NCBI GenBank assembly: GCA_020054495.1
Contig: JAHWGK010000006.1
Location: forward strand, 4,829-68,828
Length of the DNA stretch: 64,000 nt
Direction: 5' to 3'
Source: Thermoplasmata archaeon
GTDB taxonomy: Archaea > Thermoplasmatota > E2 > DHVEG-1
Part shown: piece after piece, positions 47,201 through 57,100 of the stretch
Numbering within the stretch: the first letter of the stretch is position 1
How the letters are laid out: every line of letters starts with the position of its first letter
Position numbers and translations under genes: made by a program
The notes under the pieces: generated by a model
Seen by the model: only the letters and a program-made list of their open reading frames with translations
The model's database searches: none
What the model was told of the DNA's origin: nothing

Positions 47201-47389
47201 CTCCTGCAATTTAAAAGAAATAAGTAGCTCATGATCACTTACATAATTATAAGAAACCATCGTGTCATTTTCTAATCTAGTTTCATTCAACCCTACCGTA
47301 TTTATTGAACTTGGCAACAAAAATAATACGACAATACCCAGCGTCACAACCATTTTTAAAACTATTTTCCTATCTCTATATATTTTCAT
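44228..47389 (-). CDS. secreted C25 (gingipain-like) cysteine peptidase with Fn3-like and PKD domains and a conserved C-terminal FPILQRLLLRLGL tail
   Basis: 1053 aa with a signal peptide, propeptide-like GKPQLPV, catalytic-type HRDHGSEGGW (His) and SINCLTGKF (Cys), two Fn3-like units, PKD YIVDWGDGTG, and the tail ..TMPRNK-x16-FPILQRLLLRLGLQ*. Confidence 0.88.
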   Translation of the reverse strand: MKIYRDRKIVLKMVVTLGIVVLFLLPSSINTVGLNETRLENDTMVSYNYVSDHELLISFKLQELIQDQDVTEHGTFTTFNIPNAGFIGDLGKPQLPVVTCIFAVPTLDVSLNVVDAEVMESSWVGRVYPAQSPQSDSETGDNTEFIIDESFYQQDIEYPGKLVELVYDGKIRDICFVKIEFYPVQCNPKQEIATIYDEIVIELSWDEGEKVAVESGFDNVLFTRFYENVFENWQEFLENTIFDESSQGSGSGSREEGCDYLIITHPDFYMEILELADWKHSKGLFTKVVDTIEAGSTSSQIRQYIQNAYDTWDLKPSYVLLVGDAEYVPTNYVYSAASDLWYATVSGSDYYPDLFIGRIPADTSQEAEVIVEKILKYEQAPPTATSYYEDFAVAAYFQDDEHNGYETRRFVRTSEEVRDYLLSEGYDGERIYVTEPSVYPTHYNNGYYGNGEPLPPELLRPTFAWDGDADDIINAIESGVFILNHRDHGSEGGWGDPYFQSSHIAGLTNGDLTPVVFSINCLTGKFDNYECFCEKFIRKDGGGAVAVFGATRVSYSGYNDFLCRGFYDAIWPDFDQDIGGDIPLYTLGEILNNGKTYMGNTWGDPWGYERYTFELFHVFGDPSMEIWTAAPQNLDVTHPDTVSSSSFTVHVETTGGTNVNGAYVCLSKEDEVYLTGYTNSAGDVTFYPVPSSGGVMYVTVTKHNFCPYMGEATVPEDNLPPYPPSNPYPPDGATNVGVTPTLSWTCSDPNGDPVTYCVYLEANDQTPDVLVSHNQSETSYTPPNPLEYNTHYWWQIVAWDPYGESTIGLVWDFFTKESAPPNFPPVFSNEDPLDGATGVPITTSSLSVYIADPEENSFDWSITTSPDVGSNSGTGESEGTKTCSISGLDYSTIYTWYVSATDPDGSGETTEEVYTFTTEPEPGNEPPNAPIIDGEDNGDAGTEYEYSFKSIDPDDDDIAEYIVDWGDGTGEEIIAGPFASGEDAFASHTWAERGDYIITAKAKDINGFIGTEGTLTVTMPRNKVTTMLLQWFQQNYPDLFPILQRLLLRLGLQ

Positions 47390-47587
47390 ATTTTTTACCC
47401 CCCGGTAATAAATATATATTTGTAATATATTATTTTAATTAAAAACTTTCTAATAATAAATTATCTAATCTTTATTTTTTATATGCAACAAGTTGTTAAG
47501 AAAAAAAAAGGTTTTTTTACATTTCAACTCCTATTAATTAAAAAGAAAATGAATTTGGACATATTGGCCCAAGGTGGTAAAATTTTT

Positions 47588-48157
47588 TTAGCGACGTTTA
47601 AAATTAAAAAAATATCTCCACTTTTCATTTTTTTCTATAGGAAAATCCCAGACAGATTTTTTAATTGTGCAGTATTCCTCTGGCTTTATTTCTTGATTTC
47701 CTGTTTCATCAAATTTAAAAGTAAGATAAAAAAGAGCACCAAGATTATTTCTTTTTACTTGCATGTTCCCAGTTTTATATCCAACAGGAACTCGTCTTCT
47801 TGTTATAATTGTTTTATTCCAACGTTGCTTTTTTGTCTCAACAATTTTATAACATGTGCTATTCTTAATTTTATTTGGACGTTTTTTTGAGAATACAGCA
47901 ATTTTCTGTATTTTATGCTGATGAGAGGTCCCAAACCTATTTATTATTTTTTTGCTACTCCATTTTACAATAGTAATGATACATTTTAAGAGTTTTATTG
48001 TAAAATCTATTATCTTTCTTGCAGAGAATTTAGGTATAGAGCGGATTTTTTCAGAAATATCTTTTTTTTTCTTTACTTCTTTTTTTGCATCATCCTTTGG
48101 CTTCTGTTCTATTGTTTTTCCAAAGTTTTGCAGATCTGAAAATTCATCACTTGACAA
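47588..48157 (-). CDS. hypothetical basic protein (189 aa), orphan
   Basis: TTG start with GGAG about 11 nt upstream. Lys/Arg-rich, no recognisable family. The overlapping plus-strand ORF 47483..47890 looks like AT-rich noise. Confidence 0.45.
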   Translation of the reverse strand: MSSDEFSDLQNFGKTIEQKPKDDAKKEVKKKKDISEKIRSIPKFSARKIIDFTIKLLKCIITIVKWSSKKIINRFGTSHQHKIQKIAVFSKKRPNKIKNSTCYKIVETKKQRWNKTIITRRRVPVGYKTGNMQVKRNNLGALFYLTFKFDETGNQEIKPEEYCTIKKSVWDFPIEKNEKWRYFFNFKRR

Positions 48158-48212
48158 AAAACATCTCCTTTTTTATCAAATATTCAAATTAATTTAAGAT
48201 AATTGCTAGTAA

Positions 48213-48311
48213 TTATTCAGTTTCATATTGCTTTAAAGTTCCGTCTTCCTCTTCTTCAAATAATGGTATCTGTTTTGGTATAGTATAATAAAATTTGTTA
48301 TGATTGTCCAT
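48213..48311 (-). CDS. hypothetical 32-aa acidic mini-protein
   Basis: MDNHNKFYYTIPKQIPLFEEEEDGTLKQYETE*. Strong SD (GAGGAGGGTAAAGATG). Confidence 0.35.
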   Translation of the reverse strand: MDNHNKFYYTIPKQIPLFEEEEDGTLKQYETE

Positions 48312-48590
48312 CTTTACCCTCCTCAGTCCTATAACAAACATGTGTTTAAAAAACTATACTATTTTTTCATAAAAAATATTAAAATTGCAGTTAACAAATA
48401 ATATTTATAGATACAGGAAGTTATTATTTCTATTACCAAATCTTTTCTAAATAAATGATCGTTCAAAGTTTTTTATTTGAATGTATCTGTAATAATAATA
48501 ATTTTCAACAATTTATTAATAAAAAAAAATCCTCATTTTTTAACATTCTGATTGTAATTAATTAAAAAGAAAAAAAGAGATGGACTATTT

Positions 48591-49736
48591 TTATAGTCCT
48601 AAACGCAGTAGCAGTCGTTGTAGTATCGGGAATAGATTGAGATAGTTCTCAAGGAAGTCTAAGAATGGTGTATTGATAGCTTTGTTTCTTGGTGTTGTCA
48701 TTGATACATCTATTGTACAGAAATCTCCAGGATTATCTTTATTTTCGATTGTTATTATTCCGGCGTAATCGTTTTTTTCTTCCGGTGCAATAACAGTTAC
48801 TTGTACTGTGACTGGAGAGCCTGGTTCTAAATCATCTCCTTGCTCTGGATTAAATGTCCATGTTCCCCAACTTGGTTCGTCTGTGATTTGCCAGCCAAGC
48901 AATCCGCCACCTGCGTTCTTAACAGTAAAACTACCTTCTAATGTTGCACCTGCAGTTACATTGCCAAAATGAAGATCGCCTTCACATAACAAGTCAGGAT
49001 CTAATTCAAAATCAACACCAGTAACAGTGAAATCATCTAAAAAGAACGCAAAATGATCCCATGAAACAACGTGGATCCCAATATATATATCTTGTCCAAT
49101 ATAATCAGTAAGACTATAAGTATACTCAGTCCAATCTGTTGGAACTTCAATAATTCCACCAGAAACAATTGTAAAACTCGATGGATCTGTGTCCGTAGTT
49201 GAAATACCATACTCTATTTCTTCTAAACCATATGCATCATTAAGTGATCTTGCCCAGAACGAAAGCATTCCATCTTCTATCATCGTTAATTGAGGGCTAA
49301 ACAGCCAATCATCATTTGGTGGTGTTATTGAATCCCAACATGATGCATATTTTTCTCCAGTATGCGGAGGATGACTAGTAAATGGTGGAGTCGTTAAAGA
49401 TGGATTAAATATCATAAACGCACCTGCATATCCTGCATTAGGCCAATCAACTCCTTCAACACCCCAGGTATCTGAGCCATCACCATCTAAGGTAGTCCAT
49501 GGTGGAAAGTTATCAACAACAAAGTCTGGATAGTTTTCAAAACTATCTGAAAAAACTCCTTTGGTTATTAACGGGGTATTACTTGATTCCTGAATTTTTA
49601 ATTCAACATTTTCATAAGATTTCATCGTTTTTTTTACAGCATTAGTATTTGCTGTCGCAGATACCGCTGTAAGAATCAGTATCGTAGTAATCAGCAAAAC
49701 AACAGCTTCTTTTCCTATTTTTCTCGTATTTTTCAT
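48591..49736 (-). CDS. secreted cleaved-adhesin / choice-of-anchor-J-like domain protein with the same C-terminal FPILQRLLLRLGL tail
   Basis: 381 aa with signal peptide MKNTRKIGKEAVVLLITTILILTAVSATA. FENYP..WTTLDGDGSDTWG..PPNDDWLFSP..FWARS resembles the gingipain/hemagglutinin cleaved-adhesin domain. Ig-like domain, then tail ..TPRNK-x16-FPILQRLLLRLGL*. Confidence 0.75.
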   Translation of the reverse strand: MKNTRKIGKEAVVLLITTILILTAVSATANTNAVKKTMKSYENVELKIQESSNTPLITKGVFSDSFENYPDFVVDNFPPWTTLDGDGSDTWGVEGVDWPNAGYAGAFMIFNPSLTTPPFTSHPPHTGEKYASCWDSITPPNDDWLFSPQLTMIEDGMLSFWARSLNDAYGLEEIEYGISTTDTDPSSFTIVSGGIIEVPTDWTEYTYSLTDYIGQDIYIGIHVVSWDHFAFFLDDFTVTGVDFELDPDLLCEGDLHFGNVTAGATLEGSFTVKNAGGGLLGWQITDEPSWGTWTFNPEQGDDLEPGSPVTVQVTVIAPEEKNDYAGIITIENKDNPGDFCTIDVSMTTPRNKAINTPFLDFLENYLNLFPILQRLLLRLGL

Positions 49737-50240
49737 CTACTACTCCCTCATAATATATTTATTATAACATTATAATATGTTAACAGGTTTTTAAAGTTAT
49801 GCAAAATTAAATATAACAAAATGAAAAAACTTTCTATTTTTATCATATTTTTTAAAATAATCTCATTTTAACAAAAATAAAAGCCTATGGATTCCAGTAT
49901 TTCTAAGCGAGGGAGATCAAAAGATGAAAAAAATTAGGTTATGCCTTAAATTAATTCACTCTAAACTTAAAAAGTTTGAATCCCAAAAAACTTATTTTTC
50001 AAGGGTTAAACCTTACATTCAGTCAATTTATTTTTATGAGCAGCAATTCTAACGACCCCTCTAACCTTTATATGAAGTATACTGCAGCGTATCAAAACGA
50101 ATGCAATCTCCGCTCGTTATTTTTTATGGTCGTCTGAATTTATAATGACAATAAAAACCTAAATTAATCCAAAAAATTCTTTTGAGCTCGAGGCGAAAAT
50201 AGCATATTATAGTATCTGATTACAGGCTCATTCAATTCAC

Positions 50241-50250
50241 TTTATAAAAT
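50241..50250 (+). promoter_or_regulatory. putative TATA box of the tbp promoter
   Basis: TTTATAAAAT lies 32 nt upstream of ATG 50282, with an AGGAAGTGA SD-like element between them. Confidence 0.35.
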
Positions 50251-50281
50251 AGAAACAGTGTTCGTTAGGAAGTGACACCAT

Positions 50282-50830
50282 ATGATAAAAGTAAAAGTAG
50301 AAAATATTGTAGCATCCACAGCATTTGCAGATAAGTTAGACCTGGACATGATAATACAATCGGTAGAAGGAGCAGAATATGAACCAGAACAATTCCCAGG
50401 ATTGATTTATAAATTAAGTAACCCAAAGACCGCCACCCTTCTTTTTAAAAGTGGAAAAGCTAACTGCACAGGGGCAAAAAACATCGAAGATGTACATAAG
50501 ACTGTTGACATCATAGCAGATAGACTAAGAAAACTAGGTGTAGATGTATATAAAAATATTGAGATGGTCGTTCAGAACATAGTGGCTGTTGGCGACCTAC
50601 GTGGAGAACTCAATCTTACTGAAACAGCTATGGGTCTAGGTTTACAAAATATAGAATATGAACCAGAGCAGTTCCCAGGAATGGTTTATAGAATAAAGGA
50701 ACCTAAAGTAGCTATGTTGCTCTTTAGCTCTGGGAAAATAGTGTGTACCGGAGCGAAGAACGTTGAGGATGTATCAATAGCGGCAGAGAAATTATCAAAA
50801 GAGCTTAATTCACTGGGGCTTCTTCGCTAA
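50282..50830 (+). CDS. tbp: TATA-box binding protein
   Basis: 182 aa with two direct TBP repeats (..YEPEQFPGLIYKL..SGKANCTGAK.. and ..YEPEQFPGMVYRI..SGKIVCTGAK..). Confidence 0.97.
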   Translation: MIKVKVENIVASTAFADKLDLDMIIQSVEGAEYEPEQFPGLIYKLSNPKTATLLFKSGKANCTGAKNIEDVHKTVDIIADRLRKLGVDVYKNIEMVVQNIVAVGDLRGELNLTETAMGLGLQNIEYEPEQFPGMVYRIKEPKVAMLLFSSGKIVCTGAKNVEDVSIAAEKLSKELNSLGLLR

Positions 50831-50931
50831 ATCATACAAATGATAAAAATTAGGAAAATGAAAAACAGATAGCCAATGGTAAATATTGGAGAAATGAAAA
50901 ATCAGTCTGATTATAATGGTAAGGACACAAT

Positions 50932-51702
50932 ATGAACTATGAAACGGAAGTGGTGGATGGAAGAGTTGCGACAGAAAATGGGCCATGCAAGACAGGAATA
51001 GAAGAACTTGATAAAGGGTTGGGCGGCGGTATCTCACTAGGCAGCGCTGTTCTCATGCCTGGAAGCAGCGGCTCGGGTAAAACCACATTATGCATGCAAT
51101 TTTTAATTAATGGTGCTAAGCAAGGTAAGAGAGGAATATTTTTCACGGCAACTGAACCCTTATTTAAATTAACAAAAAACATGGAGGGGTTCAGTTTTTA
51201 TGATAAAAAGTTAATTGAATCAGGAATGATTAACCTTATAGATTTAAGAATAATAAGCGAGCGACTAGGGTTGGACATGGAGAAATATACGGCAGAAGAT
51301 GCTAGTGCTCTACTGGATGTGTTGAGGGATATAGTTGATGAATTGGATGTAAAACGATTAGTGATAGATTCGGTAACCGCATTATGTTATAGATTACAAA
51401 CCAAGGAGATGATTAGGGATTTCGTTTTTAAATTAGGATCATCCCTTGCAGCTATGAACTGTACATCTATTTTCACGTCAGAGGTACCACCACAGGTTTT
51501 TCAATATTCTCAATATGGGGTAGAAGAGTTCATCGCAGATGGTATAATAATGCTAGGAGACATCGAGAGGAAGGGAGATCTGATACGAACGTTTCAAATT
51601 ATAAAAATGCGAGGCATAGCACATCACAGAACAAAATTTGCAATGAATATCTCATCTAAGAACGGCATAGAATTAGCTCCATTACTAAAATCCCAAGAGT
51701 AG
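50932..51702 (+). CDS. single-domain KaiC/RadA-like (RecA-superfamily) ATPase
   Basis: 256 aa with TGIEELDKGLGGG, Walker A GSSGSGKTT, Walker B VIDSV and the C-terminal IIKMRGIAHH motif. Confidence 0.8.
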   Translation: MNYETEVVDGRVATENGPCKTGIEELDKGLGGGISLGSAVLMPGSSGSGKTTLCMQFLINGAKQGKRGIFFTATEPLFKLTKNMEGFSFYDKKLIESGMINLIDLRIISERLGLDMEKYTAEDASALLDVLRDIVDELDVKRLVIDSVTALCYRLQTKEMIRDFVFKLGSSLAAMNCTSIFTSEVPPQVFQYSQYGVEEFIADGIIMLGDIERKGDLIRTFQIIKMRGIAHHRTKFAMNISSKNGIELAPLLKSQE

Positions 51703-51877
51703 AACCTAAATCGATGGTTTAAAAGAAAGAATTTCTGATGCAGCCAATCGGAAAACGTGAATGGACGAAGAAACGATTTGACGTATAAAACTTATATTTA
51801 TTTTTAGTTAACTTAGCATTAAATATACATAATTAGATGCCAAATTTTATCTAAATATAAATTTATACCTGTAAATA

Positions 51878-53671
51878 ATGCAATTTAGTGTAAAAGAAAG
51901 AGATGGCCCTGCAAGAATCGGAGAGCTCATAGTTGATAGAAAAAGAATTGTTACGCCAAACATACTGTTTGTAGATACTGATCGTTTTAAAACTCCAAAC
52001 TATACAGATATCCTCATAATAAACAATAAACGTCAAAAAGAGAAACCGACACTACAAATTTCTAACTATTTCGTCTATCCTAAAGACATTCCAAAAGAAC
52101 TGCATCTCTTGTCGATAAGAGATTATAAAAAAGATAACGAAAAGTATTACGTAATACCCGGAAACAAAAATGTAATTGATGATGCATTGAAAGATAATCC
52201 AGCTTCGATCTTTATTGTTGCAAACGCTCTTCAACTTTTTCAGCAGCCCAGAAAATTTACAGATTTTATTTTAGAGCTTAGAGCAAAGATAGGTTATGAG
52301 AAATTGATATATTTCCCAAGTATTGGAAATCCTGCTAATTTTGCTTTGTTAGCCTATTCTGGTGTTGATTTATTTGATTCTGTTTCTGCGATTCTAGCTG
52401 CTAGGGAAAATACCTTGTTATTTTCCAATGGAGGATATAACACAAATGAATTACATGAACTTCCTTGTAGTTGCCCATCATGTAGTAAATCTAAAGATAA
52501 ACCATGCAATATGAGCTTCCAGAATATCCTAAATCATAACTATTTTGCAATATTAGATGAATTAAAACAGGTTAGAAATGCTATATATCAAGGAAATTTA
52601 CGCAGTCTTGTTGAAACAAGAGTAAAAACAAATCCAAATCTAACAGCTGTTTTTAGATATCTTGATGCAAATCATTATGATTTTTTAGAAAAACGAACGC
52701 CGATAACAAGTAAAAGTAAGGTTATAGCAACCACAAAAGAGTCAATGTTTAGACCTGAAATAAGACGATTTCAAAAACGGGTAATAAATCGATTCAGAAA
52801 GCCAGAATCTGCAAAAATATTGCTTCTTCTGCCTTGCTCTGCAAAAAAACCTTATTCATTTTCAAAATCCCATAGACTTTATAGGGAAAAGCTAAACAAT
52901 TCTGGAAATCCTTTTATTGCTCATGAAGTTATTGTTACGTCTCCAATGGGCCTTGTTCCAAGGGAGCTTGAACTCATTTATCCAGCTTCCTCTTACGATA
53001 TACCAGTAATTGGAGTATGGGATGAAGATGAAAAAAAGATGATAAGAGATTTACTTGTAAAATATCTTGATATCAACAAATATGAATTAATTATCGCGCA
53101 TCTTCCTGCAAATATTATGCAGTTCATTGAGGATATTCTAGAAAATTCATATAATACATGCATCGATAATCCGACTTCAAAGAAATCATTAGATAAACTT
53201 TCATCTACGCTCAAGAAAAAAGTTAATTTATTTGATAAAATAAAATCACAAAAAAGATTAAGAGAGGACTTACAAGGTTTTGCTTCATACCAGTTTGGCA
53301 GAAAAACAGCTGAAAAACTTCTAAAAGATTGCATCATAAAAGGAAAATACCCCTATCAAAAAATAATGCACAACAATACACAACTTGGGATGATAATAAA
53401 AGAGAGGGGGCTTGTTTCACTTACAATTAACGGTGCAGAAAGAGTTGCAAAATCAAAGGAATACTGGGTAGAAATATACGATGATTTTACATTAAAAGGA
53501 TCTGTATTTGCCCCGGGTGTAAAAGATGCAGATAAAATGATTAGAGTTGGTGATGAAGTAATTGTAATAAAAAACAATAAACTATGTGCCGTTGGCGTAG
53601 CGCAGATGAATGGTGATGAAATAAAAAAATCACTACATGGAGAAGCTGTAAAAGTTAGACATAGAATTTAG
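51878..53671 (+). CDS. arcS: archaeosine synthase ArcS (TGT-like N-domain plus PUA)
   Basis: 597 aa. PCSAKKPYSFSKSH exactly matches the published ArcS PC-X3-KPY-X2-S-X2-H motif. Zn motif CSCPSC. C-terminal PUA-like domain. Confidence 0.85.
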   Translation: MQFSVKERDGPARIGELIVDRKRIVTPNILFVDTDRFKTPNYTDILIINNKRQKEKPTLQISNYFVYPKDIPKELHLLSIRDYKKDNEKYYVIPGNKNVIDDALKDNPASIFIVANALQLFQQPRKFTDFILELRAKIGYEKLIYFPSIGNPANFALLAYSGVDLFDSVSAILAARENTLLFSNGGYNTNELHELPCSCPSCSKSKDKPCNMSFQNILNHNYFAILDELKQVRNAIYQGNLRSLVETRVKTNPNLTAVFRYLDANHYDFLEKRTPITSKSKVIATTKESMFRPEIRRFQKRVINRFRKPESAKILLLLPCSAKKPYSFSKSHRLYREKLNNSGNPFIAHEVIVTSPMGLVPRELELIYPASSYDIPVIGVWDEDEKKMIRDLLVKYLDINKYELIIAHLPANIMQFIEDILENSYNTCIDNPTSKKSLDKLSSTLKKKVNLFDKIKSQKRLREDLQGFASYQFGRKTAEKLLKDCIIKGKYPYQKIMHNNTQLGMIIKERGLVSLTINGAERVAKSKEYWVEIYDDFTLKGSVFAPGVKDADKMIRVGDEVIVIKNNKLCAVGVAQMNGDEIKKSLHGEAVKVRHRI

Positions 53672-54198
53672 ATGTGTATCATTGCTTCGTCTTCACCACA
53701 AAAAGGGCACGAATAGACACACATGTCCTTATATAAATCAGCACCTTCAGCCCAAACGGTAATACCTTCTCCACAAACATTGCATTTGAAATTTGCTTTG
53801 ATAGATTTTTTTTCAGGAATTTCTTCTTCTACGCATGTAGGATTAGGAGAGATAACACCTATTGCACCGCAATCAGGACATGTCATCCTAACATATTTCT
53901 TATTATTACGTTTAGATTTTTTAATGGCAAAAATACCGCTGCAGGTTTGACATTTGAAATGATATAAACCACCTTTTAATGTTTTTTCAAATTCATCTAC
54001 GGTAATTGCTGAAACTTCATCTTTTTTATATCTTAAAAAGACTAAAAAAATAGTAATTATGATAAGCACTGCATAAGAGGCTAACATTATTGTCATCCAA
54101 CCTCTGTCAGTCGTTATATCATATATTGAGAAAATCATTACAAATAATCCTAGTAAGGTTATTATAACCAATAGCCCCGAACCCCTAATCAAATTCAT
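53668..54198 (-). CDS. membrane-anchored double zinc-ribbon protein
   Basis: 176 aa with two N-terminal TM helices, then CQTC..CPDC and CNVC..CPFC pairs. ATGA overlap with the upstream CARDB giant gene. Confidence 0.5.
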   Translation of the reverse strand: MNLIRGSGLLVIITLLGLFVMIFSIYDITTDRGWMTIMLASYAVLIIITIFLVFLRYKKDEVSAITVDEFEKTLKGGLYHFKCQTCSGIFAIKKSKRNNKKYVRMTCPDCGAIGVISPNPTCVEEEIPEKKSIKANFKCNVCGEGITVWAEGADLYKDMCVYSCPFCGEDEAMIHI

Positions 54199-57100
54199 TT
54201 AGATTTTCTCCTTTTAACAAAAAGTATTAAGATTATTAGAAAAATGAACAAGGCAATAGAACCTATTAGGTACCAGGCGTTATCTTCTAATCTATAAATA
54301 GCATTTTCAAAGATAATATCTTTTGTTGGATTATTACCAGCTGCATATTCTTTAAGATTTGTTAAACCATCTTTATCCTCATCGTCTTGTGCATCCATTG
54401 GATTCTCTGGGTCTAAACCATATTTTTCTTCCCACCAATCAGGCATTCCATCATCATCTCTATCGTCAATATCTGATGTTATCCAGAAATATTCTGAATC
54501 TGTCTCAACCCAGTTTCCAGCTTTATCTTTTACAAGTATAGTAAAATAATACCTTCCAGTTATATTATATATATCATCATATACATATTTGCCGCTTGGG
54601 AACCAGTTCATTGTTCTTTCAAAAGATAATCCATCCGGAGGAGTAATAAAAACTTTAGCAGTATTTATTCCAATATTATCTGTCGCTATACAAGTAATGG
54701 TAACATCATTATTTATTAATTGAACATGCGGTCGAACTTCAAAGTATGATATGACTGGAGGTATTGAATCTTTTTTTATGTAAAAAATATCCTTTGCAGT
54801 AACATTATTACTATGGATTGATAGATCCACGGCTTTGATTTGGAATGTGTAAGTTCCTACTAAAAGCGTATTGTCAAAAGTGAACTTGAATAAATCTCCA
54901 GTTGTTCTTACCATCGTTTCATCAGGATATGAAAAATTTGAAGGATTTGTAATTCTAATTGTTACAGATTCAAGGCCTGAATCATCAGTTACCTTAGCAG
55001 TTATAGTTACAGATCCACCTTGTTCCTGTCTACGGGGCATAACATTAATACTATCTATTACTGGTTTAATTCTCTCAAGCCCTTTAACTTTTAGGGTTTG
55101 ATTAGAGAGAAATATATTGTTTGCTCGATAAGTATCCCATTTAGAAACAGTAACTACAACATATGCTCCAACAAACCATTCACCAGGTATAGCCGAATCC
55201 CATATAATAGGAATTTTTTTACTTTCATTAATTTTAATACTAAAAGTTGCATTGTCAATTTCGTTTTCATATTTCATAACTCCTTCTTCAACTTTTTCAA
55301 GATAAAGATTTACTACGTAATCAACTGCATCTCCTTTCCCAATATTTGCAATAACAATATCAAATTTTAATTCTTCAAATTCAGTTATTGTTCCTGTTGG
55401 TAAAATAATATTTCTAATAACTAAATCAGGCCATCGATAAACAATAAATTCTTTTTTCTTTTGATTATTGGTTTCATTTTTTTCTTCTATCAAATCATCA
55501 GGATCTACTGTTATTGTTACATTGAAAATACCAGAATCATTTGCCTTCCATTTATTAAAACTGACAGTGTTTTCTTTATCTTTATAAATAGTTTTTACAA
55601 CAGTATCATTATAAATTATATTATTTGTATTATTAAATATCTTAATTGTTACATTAGCATTTAGAACAGTTGCTTCATAAGCAACCAGATATGCTGTAAA
55701 ATTTACTGTATCGTCAATATAAATCTTGGGATAAGTTGCTGGATTATTTGTTGAAATAGAAATATTAACTATTTCAATATCTGGTAGCCCAACATAAATC
55801 TTATGCTCTTTTAAAACTGGTTCATATCCAGCCCCATCGATACTTGTGATTCTAATAACCCAGTTTCCGGTCTCATTTAACTCAAGGTTATCATATTCCC
55901 ATGAAATATTATCCTGAATATTAATCAAAGAACGAGTGAAATTAATACTTACATTATTTTGCATAAAAACAAATGCTTCAACATATTTTGCCTTTGAAGA
56001 GGTATTTACTTTTATGTATATCGATTGATTAAGAAGTGTGTAACTACCATTAATTGGCTCTGCAAAATCAATCCACCATCCATCCAGAGCTGTATAATCA
56101 CCAACATATGCGTCACCAGAGATATTGATATCTTCGGTTTCATTAAGTTCAGTTCTTTCACCAGTGTTATTTGTTACATCGAAATAGATACAATAAAATT
56201 TTTCTTTTGATGAACCTGTCACATTCCATATTAAAGTTCCAGTTGCATTATTAATGGAATCAAATGTAATGCTTTCATTAAATTTGTATTGTTGCGATAC
56301 ATTAACAATATCTCCGTCATATGAGTATTCAACAATTCTTAATGTGTCATTTTCAAAGGTTTGAGAAAACACTTCAAGTTCTTCTAAGAATTGTGTGAAA
56401 TTTAAAAATCCAGGAACATTTCCAGTTCCATTAACCGTTAAAAAATATCTGTAATGCCAGTTTTTATCCCACCATTTAAGATGCTCAACTCCAATAGATA
56501 TCGTTCTCTCCTCATAATCATGGGTTTCTCCTTCATAAATAATGTTAAAAGTTATTTTTTCACTTCCAAAATGCGAAGGAGTCCAATTGAAATAAAAGGT
56601 ATGTGTTGCATTTCTTGCAAGACTATTTTGTCTCGTATCATTTTGGATTTGACCATCAATGCTTGAATTTAATTGTGCAATGATTGTATCTGTTGTTTTA
56701 CCACCATAATTCTTTATTTTTACAGCAATCATTGACGTAGTATTTATAACAAAGCTATCTGGAAGGCCAATATCAATTATTTCTAAACTAGGACCTTTTT
56801 CATTAACATAGATATGTCCAGTCTGGTAATTATTATTCCAATTGCTATCACCAAGTAAAGGGCAGGCAACTTCTATTAAAACAGATCTTTGAGTTTCGGT
56901 TCCTAACTCTGCAGTCCAACTAATATTCATATATTTTGTTTCTCCAACATTTAGACCATCTGAGTTACTTATGCTTTCTTCTTCTAAATCATCTATAAAT
57001 AGTGTTACAATTATTGGTGTACCCTCTGAAATATTAAGAAATTCCCCAGTTTCTACATTTACTATATTTTTTATCCTAACAGTAAATTCGACATCATTTC

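Noticed and set aside
47483-47890. 135-aa plus-strand ORF overlapping the 47588..48157 minus-strand ORF
   Set aside because: The sequence is Phe/Ile/Lys/Leu low-complexity typical of AT-rich antisense reading. It has no SD and begins in a poly-A/T promoter-like stretch. The minus-strand ORF is more protein-like.
49924-50052. 42-aa basic ORF with a GAGGGAG SD in the tbp upstream spacer
   Set aside because: No motif, and the composition is similar to random AT-rich translation. Kept only as a note within the spacer finding.
50030-50140. Possible C/D-box sRNA (atgagc .. atgaag .. ctga)
   Set aside because: There is no canonical RUGAUGA C box, and the element spacing (about 100 nt) is far longer than typical archaeal C/D sRNAs. 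No terminal stem is present.
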